A DNA stretch of 64,000 nt from Haplodiscus bocki. Taxonomy: Eukaryota. Positions 11,375 to 25,100 of the stretch are shown piece by piece. Within the stretch, counting starts at the first letter, position 1. Every line of letters starts with the position of its first letter. Made by a program: the position numbers and the translations under genes. The notes under the pieces were generated by a model that was given only the letters and a program-made list of their open reading frames with translations, made no database searches and had not been told where the DNA came from. Location: the NCBI GenBank assembly GCA_965655095.1, contig CBFHFQ010000354.1, positions 1 to 64,000 on the forward strand. The letters run 5' to 3'.

Positions 11375-11940
11375 GACATGTTGCGATAGCTACCAACCGC
11401 ATGACTTCCGCCCACTGATTTTGTTGAAGACGCCTTTTGCAAGGATGAAAGTTTTTTTCCAAAAACATTTCGATTGTCAAAATTTGGAATTTTGTCAAAC
11501 CTAAAAACTTTATGATTTTGCAAAAAAACCTCATATTTAATGTTAAAAAGAATTTTTCAAGAAAATGGATACTCTCTCTAAACAAACTTGCAACCTTTCC
11601 CAGAAGAATCAGCTTTTTTGAAAGGAAAACATTTTTTTTCAAGAAACTCATTTTTTGTACGTATTTGAACAATCTTACATTTTCGGTCGCGTTTTACGGC
11701 AAGTTTTTCATAATTTGAAATCTGAAGACTCAAAGTAGTGCGCTTCTTTACCTTTACTTGGCAATTGTCTGAGCAATACCCAGATTTTGATGAAAAAAGT
11801 GAGAATCTGGGTATTGCTCAGACAATTGTCTAGTAAAGGTAAAGAAGCGCACTACTTTGAGTCTTTCAGTGGATCATTTTCCTTTCATGTTATAAAGATG
11901 GATGGAAAAAATTACTGGGTTCTCATACCTTGTATGGGAG
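11375..11940 (-). mobile_element. Non-autonomous Helitron-like dispersed repeat, interrupted at its terminus by the LTR
   Basis: Minus-strand end gggcggaagtcatgcggttggtagctatcgcaacatgtc resembles the end at 13260-13295 and contains a short hairpin. Far boundary approximate. Confidence 0.35.
11725..11865. repeat. Long inverted repeat: 62-bp arms, 17-nt loop
   Basis: 11725-11786 is the reverse complement of 11804-11865 with 2 mismatches. Confidence 0.95.
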
Positions 11941-12310
11941 CCCTGCCAGGATGAATAATATGGGACAAGTACAGTCATCAATGACTTTGGTCGGTTTTGG
12001 AAAGTTTCGCCGAAACTACTGGTTGGATTTTCCATCAAGCTGTTAACCGACAATATTCAAATTGTAAAAAGTTTCTAAAGAAGTGGAGTGTCGGATTAGC
12101 AACTTGTATTGGACCCTCGCAATGATAGAACTGAAACGAAGAACTTTTGTTTATTATAGTTGCGCTGCAAGCAAAGTACAAGGACTCCTTTTCATTTTTT
12201 TTGTTATTTTTCGCCGTATATGAAATATACAAAAAAAATTATTCATTCAGTAGGGTCGTTTTTCTTTTTTTCAGACCAAAATTTCAGACTCTTTTTAATC
12301 AAAAATAAAT

Positions 12311-12377
12311 GACAGCGGTAGGCTTAGGACAACAAGGTTCTCAAGCAATAGTTTCGGGGTTCGAGTCACTGCTGTGC
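12311..12377 (+). other. tRNA-like remnant (possible SINE head or tRNA pseudogene)
   Basis: B-box GGTTCGAGTC at 12358-12367, A-box-like taggcttagg, and acagcggt/actgctgt can pair like an acceptor stem. No clean anticodon arm. Confidence 0.35.
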
Positions 12378-12389
12378 GAATTTTTCTTA

Positions 12390-13297
12390 CGATTTATCCC
12401 TAACATTTTTCGATAACCGAAATTAGTGACACCCTAAAGGGTTGCCCTACGAAATTTTTCGGCACTGTGAAACAAGAAATTTTCGACAGAAAATCTTGAC
12501 ACTCCCCCCCCCCCCCCCCAGCCTCTCATCCAAATTTTTTCGATACCCGAAAGTAATGAAAGACTAAAGGGTTCCCCTACGGCATTTTTCGGCACTGTGA
12601 GACAAATTATTTTCGAAGGAAATCTTGATACTTCCCCCTCCCTGTTATCCATAAACTTTTTCGCTACCAGAAATTTTCTGAAACACAGCACAGAAGGGTT
12701 CCTCTACGAAACGTTTCAGTACTGAGACAAAAAAATTTCAACAAAAAATCGTGACATAACCCTCTGAAGCATAAGATTTTTCGACACCCGAAAGTAATGA
12801 AAGACTATAGGGTTCCCCTACGGCATTTTTCGGCACTGTGAGACAAAAAATTTTCGAAGGAAATCATGATACTCCCCCCCCCCTTCTTATCCATAAACTT
12901 TTTCGCTAACGGAAATTTTCTGAAACACAGCACAGAAGGGTTTCCCTACGAAATTTTTCGGCCCTGTGAGACAAAAAATTTTCGACAGAAAATTGTGATA
13001 CTGCCTTCCTCCCCCCCCCCCCTCTTATCCATAAATTTTTTCGATACTATAAATTTTGTGAAACACAGAAGGGTTCCTCGACGAAATTTTTCGGCACTGT
13101 GAGACAAAAATTTTTCAACGGAAAATCGTGATACCCTTTTGCATAAAGTACAGAAATCAGTGGTCGAATTGATGTTTGTAAAAACTCTTTGAAAACTAAT
13201 ATCAAAACAGTTGTATTGTTTTTAACCGTTTGCAAAAGTTGATCAAAATATTTGTAGTTGGGCGAAAAATATGCCGGTGCTAGCCGGCCGTCTTGTT
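12390..13297 (+). mobile_element. Dispersed repeat with six internal ~115-130-bp units and a Helitron-like 3' end
   Basis: gggttcccctacg..atttttcggcactgtgagacaaa recurs at ~12439, 12569, 12696, 12810, 12938 and 13070. Ends in gccgg-tgctag-ccggc then CTTG. A related unit lies at ~20140. Confidence 0.6.
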
Positions 13298-13399
13298 TCA
13301 ATTTCGATCAACTTTTCTGCCTCGAAAAAAGCGTTTAAATATCAAATGAAAAAAACAACTATTGGCATGTTCGAACCTTTTAACAGTCTCGCATATGTT

Positions 13400-16300
13400 G
13401 ACACCGTGTTAGATGAGTAACTTTGGAAATCACAAATAGAATTTATTGGATTTTTTAGCCTCTGAGTCTAACAATGCGAACTATTTAGGCTCCAATAACG
13501 TTTTTAGTAAGATTGAAGGAAAAGAAAACGGTCGAGCGAAAACTTGTTGGATAAAATCCAGCCGCTATTTTTTGGGTAATAACGTTCGAAAATCCAGAGA
13601 AGTCAAAATGATTTGCACTTTTTCCCCATTTTGGGCACAACCGTTCTCTAATTCAGTTTACGAAAAACGAGATAAAACTTATGACTGGTTTTCCACAAAT
13701 AATACATGGCAGATTAACGACTTAGCAGGAGGAAAATTGCCAGTATGTTTGAACAACTACTGAGGTTCGAAAATCTGGAAAAATCGTTACTACTTAAACA
13801 TTTCGGCGTTTGCATTTTTATTCTATCAGATTTTCGATGCAACAAATGATTCCGAAAAAAACTCAATTACAATACCCTTTGCAAATTTTAATTTGCTTCT
13901 GGAGGTTTTGTTGGAGTAAATGCAACCGGTGCCGCTGAGAGAATTTTTTTGCGAATCAAAAACTCAAAAGCGTCTCCAATTTTATGCAGTTTTAGTGCAG
14001 AAGTTTTACAATTCAATGGAGGAAACACAAAAGATCTGTATTGTTTAGTTCATGACCAATAAGGAAGTGCAGTTAGGCAACCTAACAATAAAGTTTCAGC
14101 TAATATTGGTGATTTTTGAGATTGAATACCGAAAGAAAAGAGAACACAGGCTGTATTTCTTGGTCATTTCAGTTGACCAACCTTTCGATGCAGTAAAGGA
14201 GACTTAATTTACTTTATGTGACTAGTTTGCTACAGAAAAGAGATGGTTTGTTGACAATTTGGAAGAAAAACCAGCCCTGGTTTCGTGGAGAACGGAACTT
14301 GATTGTCGGGAGAAGTCAAAACTTTTTGCATTTTCGGCAGTTTCGGTCTGTTACGGAACCAATGTAACAAACGGGCCGCGAAACCTTCTCAAGGATGTGG
14401 TATTCAACAACAGAAATTTGAGGTTAGAGATGTTGATGGAGGAAATCAGCTGTACTTTTGAAGAAATCTGTTTGAATAATGAATTAGGTCAAAATTTGCA
14501 AGTTTACGCAAATTCGGCGGAACGGTTTTCCGGTGCACCAAATGAACGCAAGAAAATGATAGTTGTAAGAACCCCACAAAGGGGAAGATGTCGGATGACC
14601 GCTGAACAAAAAGCAGCCTTTTTAGGTGAATATTTATTTTTCATATCGCGAAAACCAACAATTTGAGCGTTTTTTGTAAATTAAGTCATAAACTTTCCAA
14701 AACAAAAAAACAAATACCGAGACTTTTTAATTGAATAGCTTCTGAAAAGAAGAAATTGTCCGTTGGCGTTTTGAGGGAAAATTTCAGCCGAAAATTTGGA
14801 ACAAAATCTAATTTGACTATCAGAAGAAATGGTATCTCTGTTCACTTTCTGAGAAAAATATTTGTCTGTCACGACTCAAACGCAAGAAACTGAACGAAAC
14901 ATTTGTTTATTGAGCGTTTTGGTGAAAATTGAAGACATTTTGAGAACTTGGTTGAGAAACATAGCCAGTTGTTTTGTGCGAAGCTAAGTTGAAGATTGAG
15001 AAACTATTCTCACTGGCACATTTAGTGCAGTTTCAACGCATCAACTTTACAACGAAACCAAAAGATATAAATTAGAAATGGTTTAGTTCGAATAAAAGAA
15101 ACTCACCGGAGAGCTCAAGTGGAGAAATGAAGACCGCAAAATAAATAAAATAGACTTTCGATGTGGAGAAAAATTGATAATTTTTGATTTTTTTCCGCGC
15201 TTTGAATTTCCGGGGAATGAGTTTTCCGTTGCATCAATGTTTCAAAGAGAAAAGGCCTTTGCGAGAATGAAACTATGGCTTGGGACTTTGATTGAAGAAA
15301 TCCTTGAAGTTGCTTCGGAGAAATTACAGAATGGTCATTACTGCTTGCGCATCAACGCACGCAAGTATGAATATTGTATTCATTTGGCCTGTATGAAGAT
15401 GAGATTGATGTTTCAGTTTCTGATGTAAATTCCAGGTGAATTTTTCGAGTGAATGTAAGTTTGAAAAACTAGGAAAACGATAACAGTTTGCTCCTTCTGA
15501 CAATTTCGATGTATCTGGATTCCGATGGAAGGTACTGACGCCGCATTGTCTTCATTGAAAAACCTATTGAAACAAGTGTGGCGATCAAGAGCGTGGTAGC
15601 AGAAACCTATCCGTTAGTTTCGGGAAATGAATAAGTTTGAATATAAAAAAAACACATACTCTTTTGCAGCTTGTGGCATTTTCGGTCTTTCAGGTTTCCA
15701 ATCTGAGGAAATCATGCCTCAGATTTATCAAACATTGATTTATCAAACTCTTGCAAGTTAAAAATTTCGATGGGGTTCTGGGAAGATGGCACGAAATCGA
15801 CAAAGGTTTTAGAGACAAGTAAGTTTAAAATAAGTGATTACTCATTGCCTGCCTCGGTAATTTCGTCCGACCAATTTCAAAAAATGCATGAAGCTTCAAT
15901 CGAATTATAGTCATCATAGAAATCTTTGCAATTGAGAAGGTTTCAATTGAAACCTTGATAATGGAATCCAGCCGGTAGTTGAGGAGAAAATTAAAGGCGA
16001 ACGTCAAGAAAAAGTGTTTTAAATCGTTCTTGATGCCAATTTTGACCCATTGGCATAAAGTGTACGAAACCCGAGAGGCTATTGATAATTGATTTTCTTT
16101 AAATTCATAAAGAAATAGACGCAGATCCTCTTTGGAGAAATCCGCCCAACAGAACTGCTTCCAAATGGATCTTGATTAACAGGAAAAGTGGTTAATTTCT
16201 GCGTTTCATGTAATCGCACAAAAACATCATTTCCAAAATCCTTTGCCTTCTGCGAAAAAGAGTTGAAGGCATTTTTGTTAGAAAAGCGACATTGATGCTT

Positions 16301-19300
16301 TTGCTTTTGATAGAAAGTAGGATTCATCAAAAATTAATCATTGCATAATTTCGCATTTTACACCGATCAGCATTCGAAAGTGAGGAACTAGCGCTATAAA
16401 GTATAGTATTCATTGTGCACATTTTCCCAATTGAACCGCAGATTTTGATTGAAAACATGTTTGATTATCGACAAAAATCAAAACTTTTCCTCTTTTTTTT
16501 GTTAGCATTTTCGCACTATTTTTCTTTCTAACGCTGGGAGCGTAAACCGCAATAACGCCATCAACTAAACCTTTGCAATCACAAAAATGTCAATTGCGAA
16601 CCGGCACAATCCAATGGTTATCCTGTAGAGGATAAGCTTGCATTATTAACAAAAAACTACAAAATCGTGCTTCACGGCAGTTTCGACGAATCAATTCTCC
16701 TATGCAGGGAACAAAAGCCGAGACAACTTTGATGAAGGGTTATTTCCGATCAAAAAAGTCTCAATGAAAACCCTGATTGAAGAACTCCAGCCGGCAGACA
16801 TGAACAGAGAACGAGTTTTGTTGTCGGGAAAAATTGTTAGTACTTACTTTTTGTCGGGAGTCCTAATTTCTTTTCATGCAACCAGAGAAAAACAAAATGT
16901 TCAAATTAGATTGCCATCTAAGACTTAAAATTTTTTTTGAGATTTTAGAGGAGAAAATCAAGAAACTCCATTGAGACTTTTGGACAAACTTTGGTTTGAA
17001 GTTCCAGGAAAGCCCTTTCTCATCGCACGTTTTGGCAAAACAGACCTATCTCGGCTGCAATGTAAAAAGATGCTACTCTAATGGTTTTATTGAACAAATT
17101 TTTGCAAGAGAAATTTTTTTCGATTGAGAACTTGGTAAAAAAATCGGAGTGGCATTTTTTGAGAAAAGCAAGTTGAAATATCGACAAAGTGATGTGTTAA
17201 AATGAAAGGAGCTTAAGCAGCGAAATTGTTACAAAACAAAATTTTACAATTAAAACTTGTCAATTGGGATTTTTACAGAAAAATCCATCCGATAGTGTTC
17301 GAGAAAAATTAGTAAGAATCCCGTGAGAGAAAAACAACAAAACTTTCTCCAGGACAATTTCGACACTCGAGTTTTCCAGTGCAAAGAGCGCAACTTGAGA
17401 CTTCAGTGATAAACAATTCTTCGCAAAACAAAAAAAGCGCAGGCTAGATTTTATAATTGGCAAAAACTCAGGCAAGTTTGAACAAGAAAATTAGAGTTTC
17501 AAAATCGAAAAAAAGTTGTCTCTATTTGTTTTTCGGCAGCCTTATCTTCACTCTTTCAGTTTTTCGACACAACGCAAGCAAATACGATATTTTTTTAAAC
17601 TGATCTTTATGAACCTGAAATAGTTGATCAAATTTATGAGGCGAAACCAATTGATTTTTGAAAAAAATTAAGTTTGAAATTGTAGAAGAACAGGTAACAT
17701 TTGCCCCTCTGGGAACTTTGGTTTATCTGCGTTTCGATGAACGGGACTGACGCTGCATTGTCTTTATCGATCACGAAAATGGACAGAAAACATGGCAATC
17801 TAGAGCTTGGTGATGTATTTTTAGGTGATTGTTTCGAAAAACGATCGAGTTTGACTGTTGAAAAAAAACATCTCCACTTTTTACATTTTTCGGTGACTTT
17901 GTCCTATCAAGTTTCCAACCTAAGGAAATGATGCTCTAGTGCCTAAATTCAGCGAACACTAGCACGCAAGAACTTTCAATTGAGTTTTGGGTGGATGAAA
18001 TTGAACTAACAGTTTTGGGGAAAAAGTAAACTGGAAAAAAATAGGATAACGTAAAGCATTTTTTGTAATTCCGGACGATCAGTTTTCCAATGCAAGTAAG
18101 TCAAATCAAAACATCGTCACCAAAAAAGGCACTTTTGGCAGTTTTAACCTAGTGGGATTATAAGGCAGGGAACTAACTTAGCAGCGTTCTGTTCATCCAG
18201 ATTTTTTCAAGCGAGCTAAAGATGGATTCCTTATAAAATGAAGTGGAACGGGTCGTTTTGATGAAATATGACTGTTGACAAAAATCCTTATTTTCCGAAC
18301 GTTTTGGCAATTTTGGCGTATCAATTTTCAAAACCAGGAGCCTAAACCGCAATGTCGTCCTGAGAAAAGAACATATTCAATTGGGAAATGGTATATGAGA
18401 CCACGATGGAAAATCCGAAAGGGTGTTCAGGTTTTGAAGACGTCAGAGAACGAAAAAAAATACTGGAAATTATTGCTTTATTTGCAGAATCAGCTCTTCA
18501 GTTTTTGGATGCAAGGAACGGCAACCGAGACAACATTGATCAATCAATCTCCAGAAAACAGAAACGAGTTCAAGGGGAAACTTGCTTGGAGAAATCTTCC
18601 AGCAGATTGGAACATTTTCTAAGTTTGAAAATCGAAAAAAATAGTTTGCTTACTAGGTTATATCATTTTCGTTCGATCATGTCTTTGATTCGACCTGCCA
18701 AAAACCTGAAGTTTGAATTGGACTGCTATCTACGAATCTGAAATTGAGGTTTGAGTTTTCGATGGAAAAATTCCCGGAGGTCTTTTTGAAAGAAAGGAGG
18801 TTTAGAAAAGTAGAGAGTCATTAATTTCTGCACGTTTTCCAGCTTGAGCCTGCCAGGACTCCACTGCAAGGAACTGATGGTGGTGAGTCTCTATCGAAGA
18901 AACTATGCCAAATGAAAAACAGTCGATTGAGATCTTAATAGCATATTGCCACGCGACAGATTTGGAAATAGAAATTTTTCAATTTTCTAGACACAGAAAT
19001 ACTTTTTTCCTTTTTCCAGAAATTCGGCCACTCAGGATTCCAAAGAAAAAACTAACGTTGCAGTGTACTGCAAACTTTTTTCACGTGAAATCTTTCAGTT
19101 GAGCTGTTCTAGATGAGAACCAGCAGGTAGTTTTGGGGAATTGTGAGTTGAAATCAAGGAGAAAAGTATGACTTTTTTTTGTCTTTTTGGCATATTCGGT
19201 CATCAAGTTTCTGACGCCAAACAACGAATGAAACTTCCGAAGTGCAAAAGTTAGTTGATCTATGGATGGAAATTTGCGGTTTCAACTGTCGGACAAGTTC

Positions 19301-19740
19301 TATCGGGCATATCAAGTAAAAATTTTACAAATTGTAGTGTTTGGCAACTTCGAATTGAGACGTTAGTCACAGATGCAACCACGACGAAGACCTTGTTTGA
19401 CGAAACCCAGTTATTTCGACAGTCTAGCTTTAAATATCGAGAGAAAATGTAATCAATTGCTTATGTTCGCATTTCCATTCTCGCTTTATCAAGTTTCCGA
19501 TACAATGAAAAACCCAAGAATTTCACTTGCATTGGTTCTGCTAGTAGGTAAGTGTGGTTATGGATTATAATAAAACAATGTGGGTAGTTTCCAGGAAAAT
19601 AGATTGAATTCACGCTACTGCTTGCTTTTTTTTGGCTTTTTCGGTCGATCGAGTTTCCAATGAAGGCAACTAAAGCCGCAAAATTTTCACGGGTTGCACT
19701 TTTGCTATAGAAAACGGTCGTTTGACGCTCTGGCTGTCAA
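13400..19740. repeat. Highly diverged tandem array, period ~165-180 bp
   Basis: Motifs such as gcattttcgg..tatcaagtttcc and ttgagac..tgatgga(g)aaa recur at ~170-bp spacing. 15480-15560 aligns visibly with 17690-17770. Confidence 0.5.
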
Positions 19741-20099
19741 CTAGGGCCGGTAGTTTTAGTCAACAAGTAAGAAGGATTATCAAAAAAATTGAAAAAAAAT
19801 TTCCGAAACTTTCCGTCTGTTACTTTTGCGAGGCAACGCACACGAGGCAGATGAATTATGAAGTTGTTTTTCGGCACTTTGACTCTAGTTAAAAAGCTGA
19901 CCGCTGTGGTGACGTTATTGTTTGTTATGACAACGAACTGTGTAGATTTCTCCCTATTTTCCTGGTGCAATTCTTTGAAGCGTTCATAACAAACACGGGC
20001 TACTACTTAATGCCATCATAAAGTCCCTTCAAAGAAATGGTTTGGTAATTTGAGAGAAAATCATTCTCGAAAAAATCTTGATCAGTATCTTCTTTTGTG

Positions 20100-20760
20100 T
20101 AACGTTTTTCAAAACTGGAAATTTCCAGAAACTTCAAAGCGTTCCCCTACGAAGTTTTTTGGTAGTGTGAGACAAACAAGTTTCCGAAAGAAATTCTTGA
20201 TACCCCCTCAAGCATAGGACTCTCTCATACTAGAAATTCTGAGAAACACCGAATGGGCCTCCTTTCACCATATTGTGTGAGCAGAGACTGTTTCGTATTT
20301 TTTTATTTTCCTTCGTAATGTATATTACCGAAACAAAATTAGCGTCGGAGTGTGTACACTTTCTCTTCGAGATTTGCCAAATCTGCTGCGCCAAATGCGT
20401 CATTTTCGAAATAATTCGGTTCGTTCAAATTCTTCCCGGGACAGGAAGAACGCAATTTTGGAAACCAAGCAATTTTTGCTCAATTTCGAAAATTTTTTGT
20501 TCAAACTTCGAAATATTGGTAAACTTTGAACTTTTATTCAAACTTTTTTGAGCGAAAAAAGTTTCAGCAGACATATCGAATGCGTTTTCAACAACTGGGT
20601 CTATGGTTTTTTGTTCAAGCTTTGATAAACGTTACAACATTCCAACAACTTTTCAGAAAAATTATTTCTTCCACTGGATTCGAAGACTACAGTTTTGACA
20701 AGACTGTCTAAAAAAACCGCTGAGATTTTTGCCCGAATTCAAAAAAAATTATAAACTTTA
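20100..20760 (+). repeat. Fragments of dispersed repeats, including a copy of the 12390-13297 unit
   Basis: gttcccctacgaagttttttggtagtgtgagacaaa at ~20141, then repeated gttttgacaa-type motifs. Confidence 0.5.
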
Positions 20761-20989
20761 GTTTTTCCACGAGAATGAAAAGTTTTGATAAATTGATTGT
20801 TTTTCAGAAAGTCTTTATTTCGCTCAATACTGAAACACTTCGTTGTTTTTTCAAAACGATATGATCCAGTGGTTTTTTCCAGATTTTGGATTTTTCAAGA
20901 TTCAAAAAAGTTTTTGAAACTCTTACAACTAGTTAATTTTGAATGAAAAGAAGAAAACTTTTTCAGGTTTCTAGTGTCCTTTCTGTTCA

Positions 20990-22138
20990 GCTATCTTTGC
21001 TTCTGCTGACCAAAAAATACAAAATAGTTTAAAGACTTTTCTGCTCGATTATCTCGATCTGCGTGATGCCAAAAACCGCATATTGAAAACAATGTTTTTG
21101 ATCTTCAAACTTTTTCTCACCCAAAAACACGTCTTCGAATTTCTTCCTGAAGGCTTCAATTAATATCATTCAACTTAACAAAAGTTGTTCGTTTTGGAAA
21201 GTCCAATTTTTTGTTGGCCTAGGAAACCAGATTCATCGAAAACGCCAAAGACTGCTGTTAGTTGTTACAGATCTTCCTAATCAAAAATATGTACCTGCAA
21301 AACCATGTACTTGGCTGTGTACGTCAACATGTAAATCAGCAGCATTTAATTTGTAAAAAAACTGTTCGATTTTGTTTTGTGGATCGGAGTCCTGACAGGC
21401 CGATAAATGCAAAGATTGCTTTTAAAAAAGACTTATCTCGAATTTCAAACTCGTCGTTTTCCAAAATGGTTCACTGTATTTGTTCCGTCATGATCTCAAT
21501 TAACAGTTTTTCACGTCTGCATAACTGTTTAAAAATTGAGAAGTCAATTTTCGTCCATTCGATTTCGAAATTGTTTGGAATAAACATTGACTAAACCCGT
21601 TCGTCAAACTCGAACTTCTTCAGCATCACTTGCAATCTTCAACTGTTTCCTTCCTTGATGTGGACTTTTCAATTGTTTTACGTTCTACATTGGAATTGTG
21701 ATAGTCGGAAAAATCCTGAAGATTTCATAATAAGTGTTTTAAGACAGTTTTAAAATTCACCTGTCTTTAACGCTACTTTCGTCACTTTCTGTGCTAGAGT
21801 TGCAATCAGCAAATTTCTATTTCAAGAGAAGAGTTGTCGTCAAAGAAGTCAACCAGTTTTTTGAACTCCTAGATGCCCCACGATGTCAAGAAGTCATTTA
21901 TTCTCTACAGATCTGGGTGTTCGAACTCGTTGCTCTCCACAGCAAGGTCGTTTTCCCCTCTTGATTTCTTGTATCAAGGTCTCAGATGGCAATTTCCTAC
22001 TTGGGTACGTATATGGATTAGAGGAAGCTTGGTTTTTGTACCTTTCCTTTGAAATTTGATATTAAAGAGACGCCAAGATTAACAACTCGTTTTACTCAAT
22101 TTCAAATTTCTCCATAACTACTGGCTTTCTTTATTCCA
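20990..22138 (-). pseudogene. Probable downstream part of a decayed unidentified protein-coding sequence continuous with the array unit
   Basis: Minus frames read protein-like between TAG/TGA stops (e.g. ENDLAVESNEFEHPDL*RINDFLTSWGI*EFKKLVDFFDD). Family not recognised. Confidence 0.35.
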
Positions 22139-25100
22139 CCAGGGTATCAGCCAGCAGCTCTCTACTCCATTAGGACAATGCCGCAAGGAAATTGCCGATT
22201 TTGTTCTTTCCATTGGAATCCCTACAGTTGCAACGCTGCAAATTTGCTTCTCAGTTCAACGTAATCGGGTTGGCGAATTCTTCTTTCTGACATGTTTTGA
22301 CTAGATTTCAACCATTACTGTCTCAGTCAGCAGTGTTTTGTTTTTTTTTTACTTGTGGTGAGCTGCCCAATTATGAAGTTATCGGTTTTCTTTTATCCTT
22401 TGAAATCCTTTCTTGCGGAAAACTGAGAGATTGTCACTGAAAATGACGTATCTTGATATTAAATTCTTTTTCTCAGTAACTGCTCAACTTCTTCAGTCCC
22501 TGTATCAACTGGCAGCTTTTTTACGGAACGCTATGCAAGTAGCAGCTCATCAGTTTCCTTGCTTCAGTCAGAATACTGCCGGTGCGAAAATAACAAAACT
22601 TGATATCCCGACTTAAAAACTTCGATTTTCCAGTTTCTACCTCCTAGTAGCTCCTAGCTTCTAATCATTCATCAAAAACGCAATCAGAAGATTTTTCTTT
22701 CTAGGAGAAGGATAAATAGAAAAAAAAACAATGAACATCATCCTGACATCAGACTTTTGATCATCCAAAATGCTTTTGAAAGTTGACATATCTTGACATT
22801 CAATTTCTTTTGTCTCCCCTTTCATGGGCTTGACTTCCTTCTTCACTGTCTGAAAATGCACTTTTCTACTTGTAAACAATGCTACAATGAGAAAACTTTT
22901 GGTGGTTTTCTTGTTTTGACTGTAGACGGTTCGAATGTTACGAACTTGCAATTGAGTTGGGCGTTGTTCCATTTCCTAATTGACTCCTCTCCATAAATTT
23001 TGACTAAAATTCGTTTGGCATGGTTTGAATCAAATTTTCTCTAAGTAATCATTCGTGGAGGGCTATTCAATTAAGAGTTTTTTGAATCTCGTCCCTTCAT
23101 CAGTTCCTTAACTGTTCGAAAAAAACAAAGATTGCTTTTGGTTTTGATGTATCTCGATTTTTATTCTCATAACAGGTCAGAACAGCTAGCTTGACTTCTT
23201 GTGTCACGGTCTCGAGCAGCAGTTTTTAGTTCTAGGAAACAATCGGATCAGACACTCTTTGAGGCTCTCATTTCAGTCGGTGTCATGACAATTCCAAAAT
23301 TGCATAAACTGTTGCTAGTGTTGACAATTCTGAATTTCCACATTGATCTTTCCAATATATTATGAATTGAGTATTACTACTAGCCTTGTCTAAATCAGAA
23401 GCTTGCTACTTGAGGAGAACTCTGGAAAAAACAAATTATCAATATTCGTCTTTCCGTTGAATTATTGGAGTTCGAAACTGGCACAAAATGCCAATAGTTT
23501 TTACAAATCTTGAGTTCCTTGGTCAGGTTTTTTCAGACACTTTGGCTTCAATCCTCCTATCAAAGTCCTGTTCGGGAGCTTTTTTGCCTTGGAGGACAAA
23601 GTTGTCGAAAGAAATGTTGCGATTCCTTCGGTGGATTTTTGTTTGCCCAAGACTTGCTGCGAATGAAAACAAAACTCCACATCTAAAATTTTGTACCGCC
23701 AAAACTAACTGTCTCACACCCCCTGCAATATCTGAGTCAGAAGTTTTTTCGTTGTGGGCGAATACTCTAAATTTAACTCACCATTAATGTCGTTTGTGTA
23801 CAAATATTTGACAGGCTAGAAATGCCAAAACTCTCTAAAACTCATTATACTTTGAAAGGAACATTTCTAGAAAACTACCCGCTTAACTTCGCCCGCAACG
23901 GAACTGAAAATTTTTATCTGCCGAAGTGTTTCAGATAAAAGTACATCGTTTCGGTCGTAATCTTCGTAGTCTTTCAGAGCAGAAAATTTTTTTTAATCCG
24001 CCAGGGTATCAGCCAGCAGCTCTCTACTCCATTAGGACAATGCCGCAAGGAAATTGCCGATTTTGTTCTTTCCATTGGAATCCCGACAGTTGAAACGCTG
24101 CAAATTTGTTGTTCAGTTCGACGTAATCGGGTTGGCGAATTCTTTTTTCTGACACCTTATGACTGGATTTCTAACATCACTGTCTCAGTCAGCAGTATTC
24201 TGTATTTTTAACTTGTGGTGAGCTGCCCATCTTTGAAGTTATCGGTTTTTTTTCATCCTTTGAAATCCTTTCTTGTGGAAAACTGGGAGATTGTCACTGA
24301 AAATGACGTATCTTGATATTAAATTCTTTTTCTCAGTAACTGCTCAACTTCTTCAGTCCCTGTATCAACTGGCAGCTTTTTTACGGAACGCTATGCAAGT
24401 AGCAGCTCATCAGTTTCCTTGCTTCAGTCAGAATACTGCCGGTGCGAAAATAACAAAACTTGATATCCCGACTTAAAAACTTCGATTTTCCAGTTTCTAC
24501 CTCCTAGTAGCTCCTAGCTTCTAATCATTCATCAAAAACGCAATCAGAAGATTTTTCTTTCTAGGAGAAGGATAAATAGAAAAAAAAACATTGAACATCA
24601 TCCTGACATCAGACTTTTGATCATCCAAAATGCTTTTGAAAGTTGACATATCTTGACATTCAATTTCTTTTGTCTCCCCTTTCATGGGCTTGACTTCCTT
24701 CTTCACTGTCTGAAAATGCACTTTTCTACTTGTAAACAATGCTACAATGAGAAAACTTTTGGTGGTTTTCTTGTTTTGACTGTAGACGGTTCGAATGTTA
24801 CGAACTTGCAATTGAGTTGGGCGTTGTTCCATTTCCTAATTGACTCCTCTCCATAAATTTTGACTAAAATTCGTTTGGCATGGTTTGAATCAAATTTTCT
24901 CTAAGTAATCATTCGTGGAGGGCTATTCAATTAAGAGTTTTTTGAATCTCGTCCCTTCATCAGTTCCTTAACTGTTCGAAAAAAACAAAGATTGCTTTTG
25001 GTTTTGATGTATCTCGATTTTTATTCTCATAACAGGTCAGAACAGCTAGCTTGACTTCTTGTGTCACGGTCTCGAGCAGCAGTTTTTAGTTCTAGGAAAC

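Noticed and set aside
21935-21965. P-loop-like QEGKTTLL on the minus strand
   Set aside because: Lacks the first Gly of GxxxxGK(T/S), sits in a stop-rich frame, and a different frame looks more protein-like.
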